From the IMG/VR virus record IMGVR_UViG_3300033064_003894, positions 75,838 to 139,837 of that record: a stretch of 64,000 bases of DNA, one strand, 5' to 3'. Source of the DNA: a virus. This document shows, piece after piece, positions 28,627 to 39,087 of the stretch. The position numbers and the translations under genes are program-made. Position 1 is the stretch's first letter. Each line of letters starts with the position of its first letter. The notes under the pieces were generated by a model that saw only the letters and a program-made list of their open reading frames with translations, was not told the DNA's origin and made no database searches.

Positions 28627-28812
28627 CTATCTTATATCTTCTTCTACTATGTAAAAATATATCTTACCGTCTTTTGTGAACACTGGAACTTCTTCTTCAG
28701 ATTCCTGCCACATTTTAATATAATCTTCAGCCTTTCCCCTAGATAGGAATGATCGCATATAGTCATGTTTTCCAGGACTCTGCTCACTAAATACAACAAA
28801 TATTTTAACCAT
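28627..28812 (-). CDS. Small hypothetical protein
   Basis: KIFVVF...FLSRGKAEDY pattern typical of small phage ORFs. Confidence 0.5.
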   Translation of the reverse strand: MVKIFVVFSEQSPGKHDYMRSFLSRGKAEDYIKMWQESEEEVPVFTKDGKIYFYIVEEDIR

Positions 28813-29299
28813 TTAGTCCTGACTTCAGCCTCTCAACTTCCTCAAGAGCGTCTTTTGATTGCTGAAGAAGGCGTTTGATTTTAGATTTATTATGCGACAA
28901 AAACAGGTTTTTCTTTTTAATCTCTATATCATTTTTTAACTGTTCTTCTTTTTCGGTCTCCTCACGTTCTGCCTTCATTACAACACTAATACAGACTATG
29001 GGTTTGTAATCATAATCGAAAGAAACTTCAATGTGTAAATATGATGTAATATACGAATCCTTATTCTCTACAGCAAAGGACTTAATCCTCTTATTGGCAA
29101 TAAGGCATTCTCTGTCAGTACATTTGGTCCCAACCATTCTTGCATTACTTTTAAGAAATTCAGAAATCTTATCAAATAAGACCTCTTTACTGATTCCGCG
29201 ATCATCCAGTGCAAAATCAAGTTCAGCGCCTGCGAGTGCATTATAAGGACTAAATTCTTTAACAAGGTAGCTGTTAAACTTTATCACTTTATTTTTCAT
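28805..29299 (-). CDS. Hypothetical protein
   Basis: 164-aa ORF overlapping the next gene. Confidence 0.5.
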   Translation of the reverse strand: MKNKVIKFNSYLVKEFSPYNALAGAELDFALDDRGISKEVLFDKISEFLKSNARMVGTKCTDRECLIANKRIKSFAVENKDSYITSYLHIEVSFDYDYKPIVCISVVMKAEREETEKEEQLKNDIEIKKKNLFLSHNKSKIKRLLQQSKDALEEVERLKSGLNG

Positions 29300-29422
29300 G
29301 CCTTTTCCACATACTTCTTTTCTAACATAGAGATCTTGGATGTTTTTGAAATAGAAAAGTCGACTTCATAACTGAATACAAAAACCTGTAATATCCTTCT
29401 GATAGTCCCTCTAGAATCTTCA

Positions 29423-30064
29423 TCATTGATTACGCATTCGTCTCGCATCTTCTTTCTCCTTCTCTGTTGTTTTTATTTTTTCAAGAGCCACAGACAAAGC
29501 GTCAACGGCTCTAGGAGTTCTTAGTAGTTGAGCCATATCAACACCGGTTGATTTTAGCTCTTCTCCATATTTCGATGCATGGCAATTTATTCCTCCTTGA
29601 AGTTTGAATCGATAATCAATCCACCCCATATACCAGAACCAGTCTGTGTAATACAAGAAGGAGTCCTCATTAAAAGCTCTCACGTGTGTAGGATCTCTCC
29701 ACGCATTTATAGATAGATCATATGGGACAGTGATTTTCATAACTCCGCCAACTTTAAGCAAAGACAGGCAATTAGTCATAGCCGTAACCAAATCTGGTAT
29801 ATGCTCAAGCACGTCTTCAGCAAGAATCTCTTCATAAAATCCAACGCCGAGAGTCCCCGCATAATAATCCACTTTTTCATCACAGTTACCTATCATTTCG
29901 AAAAACTCTTTATAGACCAAATCTTCTATTGAGATATCCGCAACAAGATCAGGATTTGTTCCTTCATCTATATCTATATTTAAATATCCAGGTAGTTTAC
30001 TTTTGCCGCTTCCAATGTTAATCTTATTTGGAGCGCCTTCTTTGCCGAGACGGATGTGGCTCAT
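29423..30064 (-). CDS. SAM-dependent methyltransferase (type 11-like)
   Basis: NIGSG..GYLNIDI, DVLEHI, LKVGG, DPTH. Confidence 0.85.
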   Translation of the reverse strand: MSHIRLGKEGAPNKINIGSGKSKLPGYLNIDIDEGTNPDLVADISIEDLVYKEFFEMIGNCDEKVDYYAGTLGVGFYEEILAEDVLEHIPDLVTAMTNCLSLLKVGGVMKITVPYDLSINAWRDPTHVRAFNEDSFLYYTDWFWYMGWIDYRFKLQGGINCHASKYGEELKSTGVDMAQLLRTPRAVDALSVALEKIKTTEKEKEDARRMRNQ

Positions 30065-31045
30065 TTATTTGACTACCAACGCGAGAGTTTTGTCGTAAAT
30101 CTCTTTATACAAATCCTTATTGTCTTTAAGAAGCTGAATGGTTTTAGGTCTTCCCTGTCCAAGCTTTATTTCTTCTTCTCCTTTGATATAGTATATCCAA
30201 GCGCCTCTTATATCTATTACGCCTACAGAGCTTGCGTTATCTAAAAGATCCGACTCAACTGAAAAACCAGATGCGAAGTCGAGAATCGCCACAGTTTCAA
30301 GATATGGAGTAGACGTCTTATTCTTAATATTCTTTATTTTTACCTTAATTCCTACCGGAATTGCGTTTTCCAGAATTGTCTCAACCTTAGTAGTTTTGAT
30401 TCTTACAGAAGAATAGAATCTAAGTGCTCTTCCTCCAGGAGTAACCTCGCTTGGACCGAACGGATTCATTGTCTCCCTTACTTGATTTATAAAAATAACA
30501 GAAGCATTTGAGTCGCTAAGCTTTGGGACCATCTTTCTTATTATCTGACCCATTAGCCTAGCAGCTAGGCCCATATGGGCATCTCCAATATCTCCCTCAA
30601 TCTCCGCTCGTGGGACCAATGACGGCACGCTATCAATGACGATAAGTCCTATATCCTTATGCCCAAGCATAGCTTCTGCGATCTCTCCTGCCTCCTCACC
30701 TGAGTGAGGCCTAGAAAAGACAAAGAGTGGATCGTCAATGGACAATCCAAAGGCATTAAGATAAGAGACGTTTAGCCCATGCTCTGCATCTATATAGCAA
30801 ACATGTTCACCGGCCGATGTTACAGCTTTAGCGAACTGAAGAGCTAGACCTGTTTTTCCGCTAGATTCGTTTCCGAACAGTTCAATAATCTTTCTCTTCG
30901 GTAGTCCGTTGCCGCCAAAGATTTTATCTATAGAGATAAGCCCAGAAGAAACACGTTCACAGTCTTCTGTTGACCAGTCAAAGTGGTTTTTTCCATACTG
31001 CTTTTTAAGCTCTTCTATTGTTGCAGTTATAGGTTTGTCTTTCAT
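30065..31045 (-). CDS. recA: RecA recombinase
   Basis: ELFGNESSGKT, IDAEH, VIDSV, IFINQVRE, TPGGRALRFYSS, KNK. Confidence 0.95.
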   Translation of the reverse strand: MKDKPITATIEELKKQYGKNHFDWSTEDCERVSSGLISIDKIFGGNGLPKRKIIELFGNESSGKTGLALQFAKAVTSAGEHVCYIDAEHGLNVSYLNAFGLSIDDPLFVFSRPHSGEEAGEIAEAMLGHKDIGLIVIDSVPSLVPRAEIEGDIGDAHMGLAARLMGQIIRKMVPKLSDSNASVIFINQVRETMNPFGPSEVTPGGRALRFYSSVRIKTTKVETILENAIPVGIKVKIKNIKNKTSTPYLETVAILDFASGFSVESDLLDNASSVGVIDIRGAWIYYIKGEEEIKLGQGRPKTIQLLKDNKDLYKEIYDKTLALVVK

Positions 31046-31084
31046 TGACCTTAAAGTGTACACATGCAGAGATATTAAAACAAC

Positions 31085-31118
31085 AAAAAAAAAGTCACAA
31101 GTGGGGTTCTTGTGACTT
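31085..31118 (-). terminator. Rho-independent terminator
   Basis: AAGTCACAAG/CTTGTGACTT hairpin followed by a T-run on the - strand. Confidence 0.7.
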
Positions 31119-31132
31119 GTCGCTCAGGCGAC

Positions 31133-31984
31133 TTAGATTCTGTCTAGAACCTTCTTAATCAATTCAGGATTGGTAAGATTGGTCTTAGGCTGAGGGAGCT
31201 CTTTGAGACCATCGAAACCAGTTATCCCGTAATGTATGTGATCACACCCGTTGCCGTCTGTTCCGAAGCACGTACTCTTGTCCTTTCCAGCGGAAAGAAC
31301 ATTGAACAGGATGCTGTTGTTGATTGGAGAGAAAGGGGCGTCAACACTCTTTTTCACTGCATCGAGAATCATGTCGTACATCTCACCCTTGTCAGTGTAC
31401 TTAGAACTCCTTATGATCCTCCTTGCGAACTTGGGGATAGAACGCTTGGAGACGTACGTCTTGAAAGCGAACTCGCCCTCAATTGCCCAATCTGGCCCAT
31501 CAACATTGTCGGATTTACGACATATGAAGTGACAGATGACAATTTCTTCGTTTGTCCTCGCCCAAAGGGAACATCTTTTTCCCTCTGTTCTGAGAAGAGT
31601 TTCATGATTAGGAGATGACCCAATAATCGGATCTCCCCTCATGTCGCAGACAACGTAAGTTTTGGTTGAATCAACGTCAACCTCTTGCGCTTCGGGGACG
31701 CGAATCGCAAGACTAACTCCTTGAACATGTTCGAAGAAAGAGCAGACCTCGTCTCTCGAAAAGACAGGATCTCCTCCATAGCCCCTCGCTGGCCCAAAGA
31801 TTTTCTTTGCCTCGATGCTAAGCAGACTGTCGCGTTTCAGCTTCTTCCCGAGCCTGACGAAGGACGGGAACGACCCCTCAAGCTCTTCTGCTGAATCCCT
31901 AGGGAACTGAAGCTCAACAACTGGTATTTTGTATAAGACGTTTTCTGAATGCGCAGGGGAATCAAGATGATGTTTCTTAACCAT
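31133..31984 (-). CDS. Hypothetical protein
   Basis: 283-aa ORF with its own GGTATAA element and terminator. Confidence 0.55.
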   Translation of the reverse strand: MVKKHHLDSPAHSENVLYKIPVVELQFPRDSAEELEGSFPSFVRLGKKLKRDSLLSIEAKKIFGPARGYGGDPVFSRDEVCSFFEHVQGVSLAIRVPEAQEVDVDSTKTYVVCDMRGDPIIGSSPNHETLLRTEGKRCSLWARTNEEIVICHFICRKSDNVDGPDWAIEGEFAFKTYVSKRSIPKFARRIIRSSKYTDKGEMYDMILDAVKKSVDAPFSPINNSILFNVLSAGKDKSTCFGTDGNGCDHIHYGITGFDGLKELPQPKTNLTNPELIKKVLDRI

Positions 31985-32098
31985 TAGCCCAATGTTTTAC
32001 AGATAGAGCGAAATTACTCCTTCTGTAAAGATTTATACCTTTTTTTACATAAAAATTAGTTGTTTGTTATATTTGGCATTCATGATAAAATAAATGCG

Positions 32099-32923
32099 AT
32101 GTCATCTTCGTTTATTGCCGTATCGGCCGATGGTATTGTAAACTCTTTTCTGAGAGATCAAGGTTCATTATATGACCTTACAAGATCAGCCGCATTAGAG
32201 AACAGCCTTACACCAGATGAAATAGAACACCTTTCACAGGCTGTGAACAGAGAGGCTCAAGTCAGAATTTATGCAGAGAAAGGACCTTCTGGAGTATATG
32301 ACTTTGAATTGGTTAAGGCCGCAGACGTTGTTAAGTCTCTCAATGAAGAGTACCCAGACGCATTCTTTGTAAAGACCGCCAGCAAGCCAGACAACGGAGT
32401 ATATGGAGAGGTCAAGTTCGTTGGAGAGACTGAAAGTGTCTTTGCATATGAAAAAGAGAAATATTTGAGAATCGGACTTTCTAGGCTTAAAAACGTTGAA
32501 GAGGATTATCAGTTTGAGATTAACAAGATTGCTGGTGAAGTTGAAGACCTGTATCTTAAGATTAAGTCTCAAGTAAAGAATGCTCTGATTGACGACCCAA
32601 AGGGGTGCTCTGATTTGCTTAAGCAGGCTAATGAGATGGTGGGAGACGAGGGTGTTGAAATAATTTCTATGATAATTAAAGAGATTTCAGAATCAGACCC
32701 ATACTTTAGCGCGATGCTCCCATCATCTATGATAGTAGACGGGAATCCTCTTGAATATGACAGGCTGGAAGGATCAGACGGTATTGTAAAGGGTCTTAAT
32801 ACTTTAGTAAGGCAGCATGATGGATTTGACTATCAGGGCGGCAACTTAATGAAAATACGAGAGCATATTAGGTATGTAGAAGAGGAGATTATAAGCGATA
32901 TGAGTCAGGAGAAAATTGTTTGA
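32099..32923 (+). CDS. Probable head/virion protein
   Basis: First gene of the head operon; KTAS/KIA/KQA motifs; TAAAAT 7 nt before ATG 32099. Confidence 0.55.
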   Translation: MSSSFIAVSADGIVNSFLRDQGSLYDLTRSAALENSLTPDEIEHLSQAVNREAQVRIYAEKGPSGVYDFELVKAADVVKSLNEEYPDAFFVKTASKPDNGVYGEVKFVGETESVFAYEKEKYLRIGLSRLKNVEEDYQFEINKIAGEVEDLYLKIKSQVKNALIDDPKGCSDLLKQANEMVGDEGVEIISMIIKEISESDPYFSAMLPSSMIVDGNPLEYDRLEGSDGIVKGLNTLVRQHDGFDYQGGNLMKIREHIRYVEEEIISDMSQEKIV

Positions 32924-33213
32924 GTAGATCGGCATTGATTAGAGATGCGATGCATAAGTCTGCGTCTTGTCAAATGATAAAGATGGGGCTAGATCCTGCG
33001 GCAATGCCAAAGCCTGTACCTGTAGGAACAAAGATAGTTAGAGATACTCTAAAGATGGGATGGGGTGGTGTGAAAGGAATAGGAAAAGCTCTACCAGGTT
33101 TTGGTAAGGCTTCACTCAAGGGATTTATGTCGCCGGTATGGGCTCCAATAGCATCAGGAGCCTTTACGCTTGGGAAAGGAGTTTTGGGCGCAAAGAGAAC
33201 AAAGTATTACTAA
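32920..33213 (+). CDS. Small Gly-rich virion protein
   Basis: KSAS motif, amphipathic Gly-rich helices. Confidence 0.45.
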   Translation: MSRSALIRDAMHKSASCQMIKMGLDPAAMPKPVPVGTKIVRDTLKMGWGGVKGIGKALPGFGKASLKGFMSPVWAPIASGAFTLGKGVLGAKRTKYY

Positions 33214-33214
33214 A

Positions 33215-33712
33215 ATGAATAAAACTGCAATACAACTTCGTAAGATACTGCATGAGGTGGCCCCAGCAATCGGCATACTTGGTACGGCAGCCCTAGTGTT
33301 TGATGGAATAGTTAGGCCAATGATAGATAAAAATAAGATGCGTGCAGAGCACTCATCTGCACTGAACATGATTAAGAAGAGCTATCCAGAGGAGAAGCAT
33401 GAATTTGTTGATGCTGTTTTTGATATGATATCGAGGGCTACTCCAACTATTGCTGGTAATTATTTGATAGCCAAGACGCTTGTTGACCAACAAATGTCTC
33501 ATATGGAGGCAATCTCTGGGTCTCACCCTGCTGGCGCCCAAATAAGCATACCCACGATATCTGAGGCGATAAACATGGAGAAGAGTACTGTTCAGAGTAA
33601 CAGCTCATTAAGGCCAAGACCTGAGGGTATTGCAAAGAACATTCTTAGCTTAGCTATGCTTGGCAAGACGGTTGGTGGAGATGAATTCTTTGGAGGAAGG
33701 CAGGGCATTTAA
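33215..33712 (+). CDS. Probable virion protein with hydrophobic helix
   Basis: MNKTA start; located in the head operon. Confidence 0.5.
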   Translation: MNKTAIQLRKILHEVAPAIGILGTAALVFDGIVRPMIDKNKMRAEHSSALNMIKKSYPEEKHEFVDAVFDMISRATPTIAGNYLIAKTLVDQQMSHMEAISGSHPAGAQISIPTISEAINMEKSTVQSNSSLRPRPEGIAKNILSLAMLGKTVGGDEFFGGRQGI

Positions 33713-33751
33713 AGAAAACACACATTAGTCCTCCATGTACCATACGATCAT

Positions 33752-35161
33752 TTGTTACTAATGGAAAATAGAAGATTAACTGCATCATCATCATCAGGCA
33801 ATGTGCCTGGTCAGGTGAAGATGTTCCTTGACAACATCAAGTCTGACGACAAGAGTGTTTATCTGTACATCCCAGCTGTAGCTGCAGGAGAATATTACGG
33901 ACCCAACACATGGGGGGACTATTTTCCAGAAGAATCTTTAAAGAAGCATTACAAGTCATTTTATAACGCAAAAGTATACAGGGGACATAAGAACTCAGAC
34001 CCAAAGAAGTCAATAGGAGATGTAGTTCTTTCTGTGTATAACGACAGCAGGCATAGAATAGAGCTTGTTGTTAAAGTGTTTAGGGATATAGCGAAAGACG
34101 TTGCAGACGCGGCAGATGTTGGCAAGCCGGTCGGATTTTCTATGGGATGCCGAGTTCCTTACGAGGTATGCTCGCACTGTAAGGGAAAGTTTTATAAAAC
34201 ATCTGATAGGTGCTCACATTTAAGAGACCATATGAACAAACACCTTGATGGGAAACTTGTTTATGCTGTTAACGAGCATCCGGACTTTTTCGATATATCG
34301 GAAACTCCAAAGCCTGCAGATAATACTATATGGCTAATAAAAAAGGTTGCTTCGTTAGAGTCAGGTGAAGAGGCGTCAGACGAGGACATTTCTCTGTCTC
34401 TAAGTGATCTTGCAGAGTTAGACATTTTGTCTCAGAGTATTAATAAAGAAGATATTGTTGCTATGTCTAGATACGGGTTAGAGGACTTTGTTAAGTCCGC
34501 CAGCAGCCTTGGACTGTACGTAAAGCCAGAAGAATTTCAGTATGTGTTTCTATCCTCTGCAGGAAGGTCTGGTCTTGCGGATACACTTTATGATTCAGGA
34601 GTAACATTTTGCGACTACAATACTCCTCTAATGAAAGTGGCGGACGGCCTATATGACATGCTTACGTCTAAAAACAAGCCAGAGGAGCATAGATTAAAAT
34701 CGCGAGACATTCTTAAAGGGTACAACGGGAGGTTCATGCGCCCGGTGTTTGATAGAAAGACTGGCGAAGGTAGCATTAAATCTAACGATGCCGTCAACAA
34801 TATTATGGGAGATATATCTAGTGCATATCTGGCATACAGAGGGAGTGAGACGTCGAAGGACCCAACATCTGAGGCAAACCAAGCATCTAACAATATTTTT
34901 AAATCTTCAAGCGCATCTTCTATCGCTATACCGGTTGCTGCAGGAATAGGTGCCAGCTACTTTGCTTCCGCAGACGCATGGAGGAGAGTTCGTCAAGGCA
35001 AGCCGGTGCCTGCGGTTGAAAAATTTATTGCTCAGAATCCAGCAATATCATCTCTTGTTATCGGCGGCGCGACCTGGAAAATCAACAAAAGGTTGTCTTC
35101 TGGTCTGTTTAAAAAGAAGCCGATAACCACAGCATCTGGAGCTCCAGCGGCTGCAAAGTAA
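33752..35161 (+). CDS. Prohead (capsid maturation) protease-like protein
   Basis: H (GHKN..SIGDV), S (GFSMGC), CSHC..CSH, FFDIS..PAD; upstream of scaffold and capsid genes. Confidence 0.65.
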   Translation: MLLMENRRLTASSSSGNVPGQVKMFLDNIKSDDKSVYLYIPAVAAGEYYGPNTWGDYFPEESLKKHYKSFYNAKVYRGHKNSDPKKSIGDVVLSVYNDSRHRIELVVKVFRDIAKDVADAADVGKPVGFSMGCRVPYEVCSHCKGKFYKTSDRCSHLRDHMNKHLDGKLVYAVNEHPDFFDISETPKPADNTIWLIKKVASLESGEEASDEDISLSLSDLAELDILSQSINKEDIVAMSRYGLEDFVKSASSLGLYVKPEEFQYVFLSSAGRSGLADTLYDSGVTFCDYNTPLMKVADGLYDMLTSKNKPEEHRLKSRDILKGYNGRFMRPVFDRKTGEGSIKSNDAVNNIMGDISSAYLAYRGSETSKDPTSEANQASNNIFKSSSASSIAIPVAAGIGASYFASADAWRRVRQGKPVPAVEKFIAQNPAISSLVIGGATWKINKRLSSGLFKKKPITTASGAPAAAK

Positions 35162-35253
35162 CATATATTTGACGGATTAACTAAAAGCAAGACAATAACG
35201 TAATGAGGCAGGGTAGCTCCTTGTCTCATATTCGTACAACCATAAAAAATAAA

Positions 35254-35775
35254 ATGACATTCAACATTGACAACTTTATGGCCGTAGTGAAACAAGTAAA
35301 AGAGCTAAAGAAGCAAGCTGAAGCTGCGCCAATTGAGGCGGCAGCGGACGCGAGGGGACAGGCGATTGCCCAACAGGCTGCAGCTTCGCAAGTTGCCGCA
35401 GCTGGTAATGAGCAAGTGCAGGTTGCCGAAATGCTTGGCGGTTCAATGGGAGAGCAGCAAGCTCTTGCGGACGGGCAGAAGGAACTGGCTGATGGACAGA
35501 ACCTTTTGGCTCAAGCCGCGCAGGAAATGGCAGTTGAAACTGTTATTAACCAGCCAACCAATGCAGAGACACTGCAAGCCAAAGTAGCTTCTGAAGACCG
35601 TATCGCGACAATCTTGGCGGCAGTCAAAGACGAGCTTGGAAAGCATGCTTCGGAAGAAGATGCAGACGAGCTTTATAAGACTGCGGAAGAGGCTGTTCAG
35701 TATGGTCGCTTGATGGCTCTTGGGTTCCTCGACGGCGTCCAAGAAATCCTCAACACCGACGGTGAAGGGGAGTAA
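35254..35775 (+). CDS. Scaffold/internal head protein
   Basis: Ala/Gln/Glu-rich with repeated KxA motifs. Confidence 0.5.
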   Translation: MTFNIDNFMAVVKQVKELKKQAEAAPIEAAADARGQAIAQQAAASQVAAAGNEQVQVAEMLGGSMGEQQALADGQKELADGQNLLAQAAQEMAVETVINQPTNAETLQAKVASEDRIATILAAVKDELGKHASEEDADELYKTAEEAVQYGRLMALGFLDGVQEILNTDGEGE

Positions 35776-35780
35776 GCAGC

Positions 35781-36122
35781 ATGGCTGAAAGGCTAAACGA
35801 AATCCTAGTTAAACTAGGCCAAGACGACAGTGAGGAATCTTCGGCGCTTCTTGATAACATCAACAAGCTTTCAGAAGAAAATCCTGAATTTTTTAAAGCT
35901 TATGTAAGTAAGCTAGAGAAAAGTGCCGAAGAGGCCGATATGGCTTATATGGCTGGGGCTCAGTTTGCTAATCAGCTATTAAAACTAGCTGCAGTACGGC
36001 AGGACACTGATGGCGTTCCGGATGAGTTAGTCGAGAAGACTGCCTCCCGGCACGGTGTATCTCAGGCGGCGCATTTGTTTGCAGAGTTTGGTTCAGCGAT
36101 TCTACGTATGAAGGGTAATTAG
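35781..36122 (+). CDS. Scaffold/internal head protein
   Basis: Repeated KxA/S motifs. Confidence 0.5.
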   Translation: MAERLNEILVKLGQDDSEESSALLDNINKLSEENPEFFKAYVSKLEKSAEEADMAYMAGAQFANQLLKLAAVRQDTDGVPDELVEKTASRHGVSQAAHLFAEFGSAILRMKGN

Positions 36123-36133
36123 AAGTATTAGCT

Positions 36134-36538
36134 ATGGCTACTACGCATGATCTTACATCGATGTTGAAAGAAGCGCAAGAGCTATTGACCTCCACAGGGG
36201 GGACAATACAGCGACTTAGAAATTCATTGGTGCAGGAGCGTGCGGAGAAAACAGAGCTTATATCTAAAATCGCCGCAATGTCACGCGAGTTTGAATTCCA
36301 AAAATTATTGGATGATATGATTGGCGAAGGCATCATAGGGTACGAATCAAAGAACGAAAAGCTAGAAGAAATGCTAAAGTCAGGATATGACCCGATTGTG
36401 TATCGGGAGGCTGTCAATATCGCTGCTGGTATGACTCAGCTTGGGAAGCTTAGCGACCAAGAAGAGTTAGAAAAAGATGCTGAGAACCCTTTAGATAGTG
36501 TTCTTATCAGCTTCATTCGAAACAAAAAACAATACTAA
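36134..36538 (+). CDS. Scaffold-like coiled-coil protein
   Basis: Coiled coil just upstream of the capsid genes. Confidence 0.5.
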   Translation: MATTHDLTSMLKEAQELLTSTGGTIQRLRNSLVQERAEKTELISKIAAMSREFEFQKLLDDMIGEGIIGYESKNEKLEEMLKSGYDPIVYREAVNIAAGMTQLGKLSDQEELEKDAENPLDSVLISFIRNKKQY

Positions 36539-36559
36539 TAAAAAAATAGGGAAACAATA

Positions 36560-37135
36560 ATGGCTGTAACTAACGGAATGGGTGATTACGGAAGTCAGCA
36601 GACTGCCAATGGCGTCGTAGAATTGCTTTCCCCGCTTCAGATGGTATGGCGTCGTGGTATCGAGTGGGGCGGAACAGCTGCACTCTCAAGCGACGGCATC
36701 AGTGTAACGGTCACATCCACTAACCTTCCAAAGGAAGGCAACCTGGTTAGGATCAATTCAAGCGGGAAGGCGGTTTCTTTGACTGAAAATTTGGCAACTA
36801 CTGACTCTGGAACGACTAGCCTTGCCCTTGTTTGGGTGGGGTATGAGGTATCAGATGCGGCGGCTTCGGACGTCATAACTGTTATCGATGCTCCGTGGTA
36901 TCTCTTTGAGATATCATCGGAACGAGTTTCTGCGAGCTATGCATTAACAGCAGGCTTTCTAGTGTATTACGATGGCGCGGCGAACCTCTTCTATGGTGAG
37001 GAATTTACGGCTAGTGGTAAAACCAATAGCACGTATGGTTACCATTGCGGAGTTTCAGAAGGCGCAGCAACAAGGAATGGCTCAACGTACTTTAGAGTTC
37101 GTTGGAATCGTTCCACAAATATGGGGCAACTATAA
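36560..37135 (+). CDS. Capsid decoration/cement protein
   Basis: Beta-rich protein directly upstream of the MCP. Confidence 0.5.
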   Translation: MAVTNGMGDYGSQQTANGVVELLSPLQMVWRRGIEWGGTAALSSDGISVTVTSTNLPKEGNLVRINSSGKAVSLTENLATTDSGTTSLALVWVGYEVSDAAASDVITVIDAPWYLFEISSERVSASYALTAGFLVYYDGAANLFYGEEFTASGKTNSTYGYHCGVSEGAATRNGSTYFRVRWNRSTNMGQL

Positions 37136-37138
37136 GCT

Positions 37139-38146
37139 ATGGAAAAAATCAGCAAAGAAGCATTGGCGGCTGCATTTGGAGAGATGCTCGACTCAGAAGG
37201 TGGCACCGACACGTTACGAGAAGCTGGCACGCAGTATGTGCGCCAGAAGATGCGTGAGGAGTCTTTCGTAAGAAAGATATTGCCAGCGGAAAAAGTCACA
37301 AAGCATGACCTGCAGCGCAACGTAAAAAATGATAGTCTAGAAAAGATCGTCGACCTGGAACCCAACTCAATGGCCGTAGCGGTTAACTTCCGCAGCGATA
37401 CGATTGAGCAGTTCGTGGAAGGATCAAGATATGCTATTGCTTTCCATAACATCACAACTCCTGTCTATCATAAGACAGAAGAAGAGTTGCTGGCTTATGA
37501 GATGCCTGTAGTAGAAATCATCGAGCGCAACTCGGTGAAAGATGTTCAGGCGGCAGAAGACAGACAGTTTATTAAGTATATTGCGGCAGCACTAACTCGT
37601 TCAAACCAGTGGCATTCAGTTGCCTCTGCGGCAAGCGGTGGTGACCCGTATACAGGAGCAATGACAAGTGGTCGTTTCCTCACGCGTGCAATACGTGCGC
37701 TAGAGCAAAACAACCAACTCGTTGCAGATAAGCTGCTTATGTCAAAGTCGACCTACACTGATCTACTTGGACTAGGTACAGAACAATTGGGTGACGTTTT
37801 AAGAAGTGAAGTATTCCAAAACGGTTATATGACTGGTACCTTGTTTGGTAAGCAGTTCATCGTAACCCTTAAGGAGGACCTCGTTCCTTACGGCGCCATT
37901 ATAGCGTTTACATCGCCCGAGTTTATGGGAAACTTCTACGTACTTGGAAACACCAAGTTCTGGATAGAGAAGAAGGCAAACCTTATTTCCTGGAGAACCT
38001 GGGAAACGGTCGGTCTTGGTATCGGTAACATAAAAGCTATCGGTGCTCTCTTCTGGAATGATGCGCAAACTAGCACGCTGTTTGGCCTACCAGCCCACGC
38101 GGCTATTACGACAGTATCAATGACGTCATCGGTGTCGGTATTCTAA
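37139..38146 (+). CDS. Major capsid protein (HK97-like)
   Basis: MREESFVRKILP, KDVQAAEDRQF, size, position, downstream terminator. Confidence 0.8.
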   Translation: MEKISKEALAAAFGEMLDSEGGTDTLREAGTQYVRQKMREESFVRKILPAEKVTKHDLQRNVKNDSLEKIVDLEPNSMAVAVNFRSDTIEQFVEGSRYAIAFHNITTPVYHKTEEELLAYEMPVVEIIERNSVKDVQAAEDRQFIKYIAAALTRSNQWHSVASAASGGDPYTGAMTSGRFLTRAIRALEQNNQLVADKLLMSKSTYTDLLGLGTEQLGDVLRSEVFQNGYMTGTLFGKQFIVTLKEDLVPYGAIIAFTSPEFMGNFYVLGNTKFWIEKKANLISWRTWETVGLGIGNIKAIGALFWNDAQTSTLFGLPAHAAITTVSMTSSVSVF

Positions 38147-38168
38147 GAATAAACAGAGTCAACAAGGT

Positions 38169-38201
38169 CGGGACCCGGTTTTGCTGGGTCCTGATTTTTT
38201 T
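38169..38201 (+). terminator. Rho-independent terminator after the MCP
   Basis: GGGACCCGG/CTGGGTCCT hairpin + T-run. Confidence 0.75.
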
Positions 38202-38213
38202 GTATAATCTGGC

Positions 38214-38561
38214 ATGTACAAGAACATAACAGACCAAGATGTAACTATCTGTGGTCATACAAAAGTGATAGTCCATCCAGGAGAGATTTACTACCCAGCA
38301 GCAGGAATGGAAAATCAGGTTTATTACCATGTATCAATGGGTCATCTTGCAGCTGCAGCATCTAAGAAAGAAAAGATAACTGCTGCACAGGTTGAAGTCG
38401 CCAAGGTGGCAGAAGAGGATGTAGTTGTTGAAGTAGTAGACAACTCTCTTGAAGTAGTAGACAACTCTCTTGAAGTAGAAGAAGATGAGATAGATGATCT
38501 CCCTTCAGAGTCTACCTTGTCAACTCCAAAGAATAAGCTTCGTAGGCAAAAGAGATCTTAA
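38214..38561 (+). CDS. Hypothetical virion protein
   Basis: Acidic C-terminus with an EVVDNSL duplication. Confidence 0.55.
   Translation: MYKNITDQDVTICGHTKVIVHPGEIYYPAAGMENQVYYHVSMGHLAAAASKKEKITAAQVEVAKVAEEDVVVEVVDNSLEVVDNSLEVEEDEIDDLPSESTLSTPKNKLRRQKRS
38428..38478 (+). repeat. 21-bp tandem repeat (about 2.4 copies)
   Basis: TTGAAGTAGTAGACAACTCTC x2 + TTGAAGTAG. Confidence 0.85.
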
Positions 38562-38600
38562 TTGCGGCCGCATAAATTTTAGATATAATAAATAAACTCT

Positions 38601-39086
38601 ATGGATAAATCCACTTTTGTTGCTTACGTGAGAGACCTTCTTCAGGACAGTCCTGAGTCGAATGCTCTTTTGAATGGTAGAGAGATGGGAGATAAGACTT
38701 TAAATGCATGCGCTGAGCTTGCCTTGGCCGACTTTAATGCAACTCCTCCTGTCATAACAGGATATGGTATAGGTGACTTCCCTGCGTACTCTATTCTTAT
38801 TTATGGGACAATGATTGAGGCGTTAACAATGTCTGGTATCTTGGCGTCTAGAAATAAGATTAATTATAATGCTGGCGGTGTTCAGGTAGAAATAAATTCA
38901 AAGTCGACAGAATACATGAACTGGATATCATTACTTATGGGCAGATATCAACAGATGAAATCTCAATATAAACAAGCGCTGTCAATGAATAGTGCATATA
39001 GAGGAGTATCAAGCGAGTACCTCTTTGCTGGACTTGGCGACGCCGTTGGTGGATTAAGAAGCGACATCATAGATGCTATGAACTAA
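38601..39086 (+). CDS. Head-tail adaptor/neck protein
   Basis: VRDLLQD...ALADFNATPP; position after the MCP. Confidence 0.55.
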   Translation: MDKSTFVAYVRDLLQDSPESNALLNGREMGDKTLNACAELALADFNATPPVITGYGIGDFPAYSILIYGTMIEALTMSGILASRNKINYNAGGVQVEINSKSTEYMNWISLLMGRYQQMKSQYKQALSMNSAYRGVSSEYLFAGLGDAVGGLRSDIIDAMN

Positions 39087-39087
39087 C

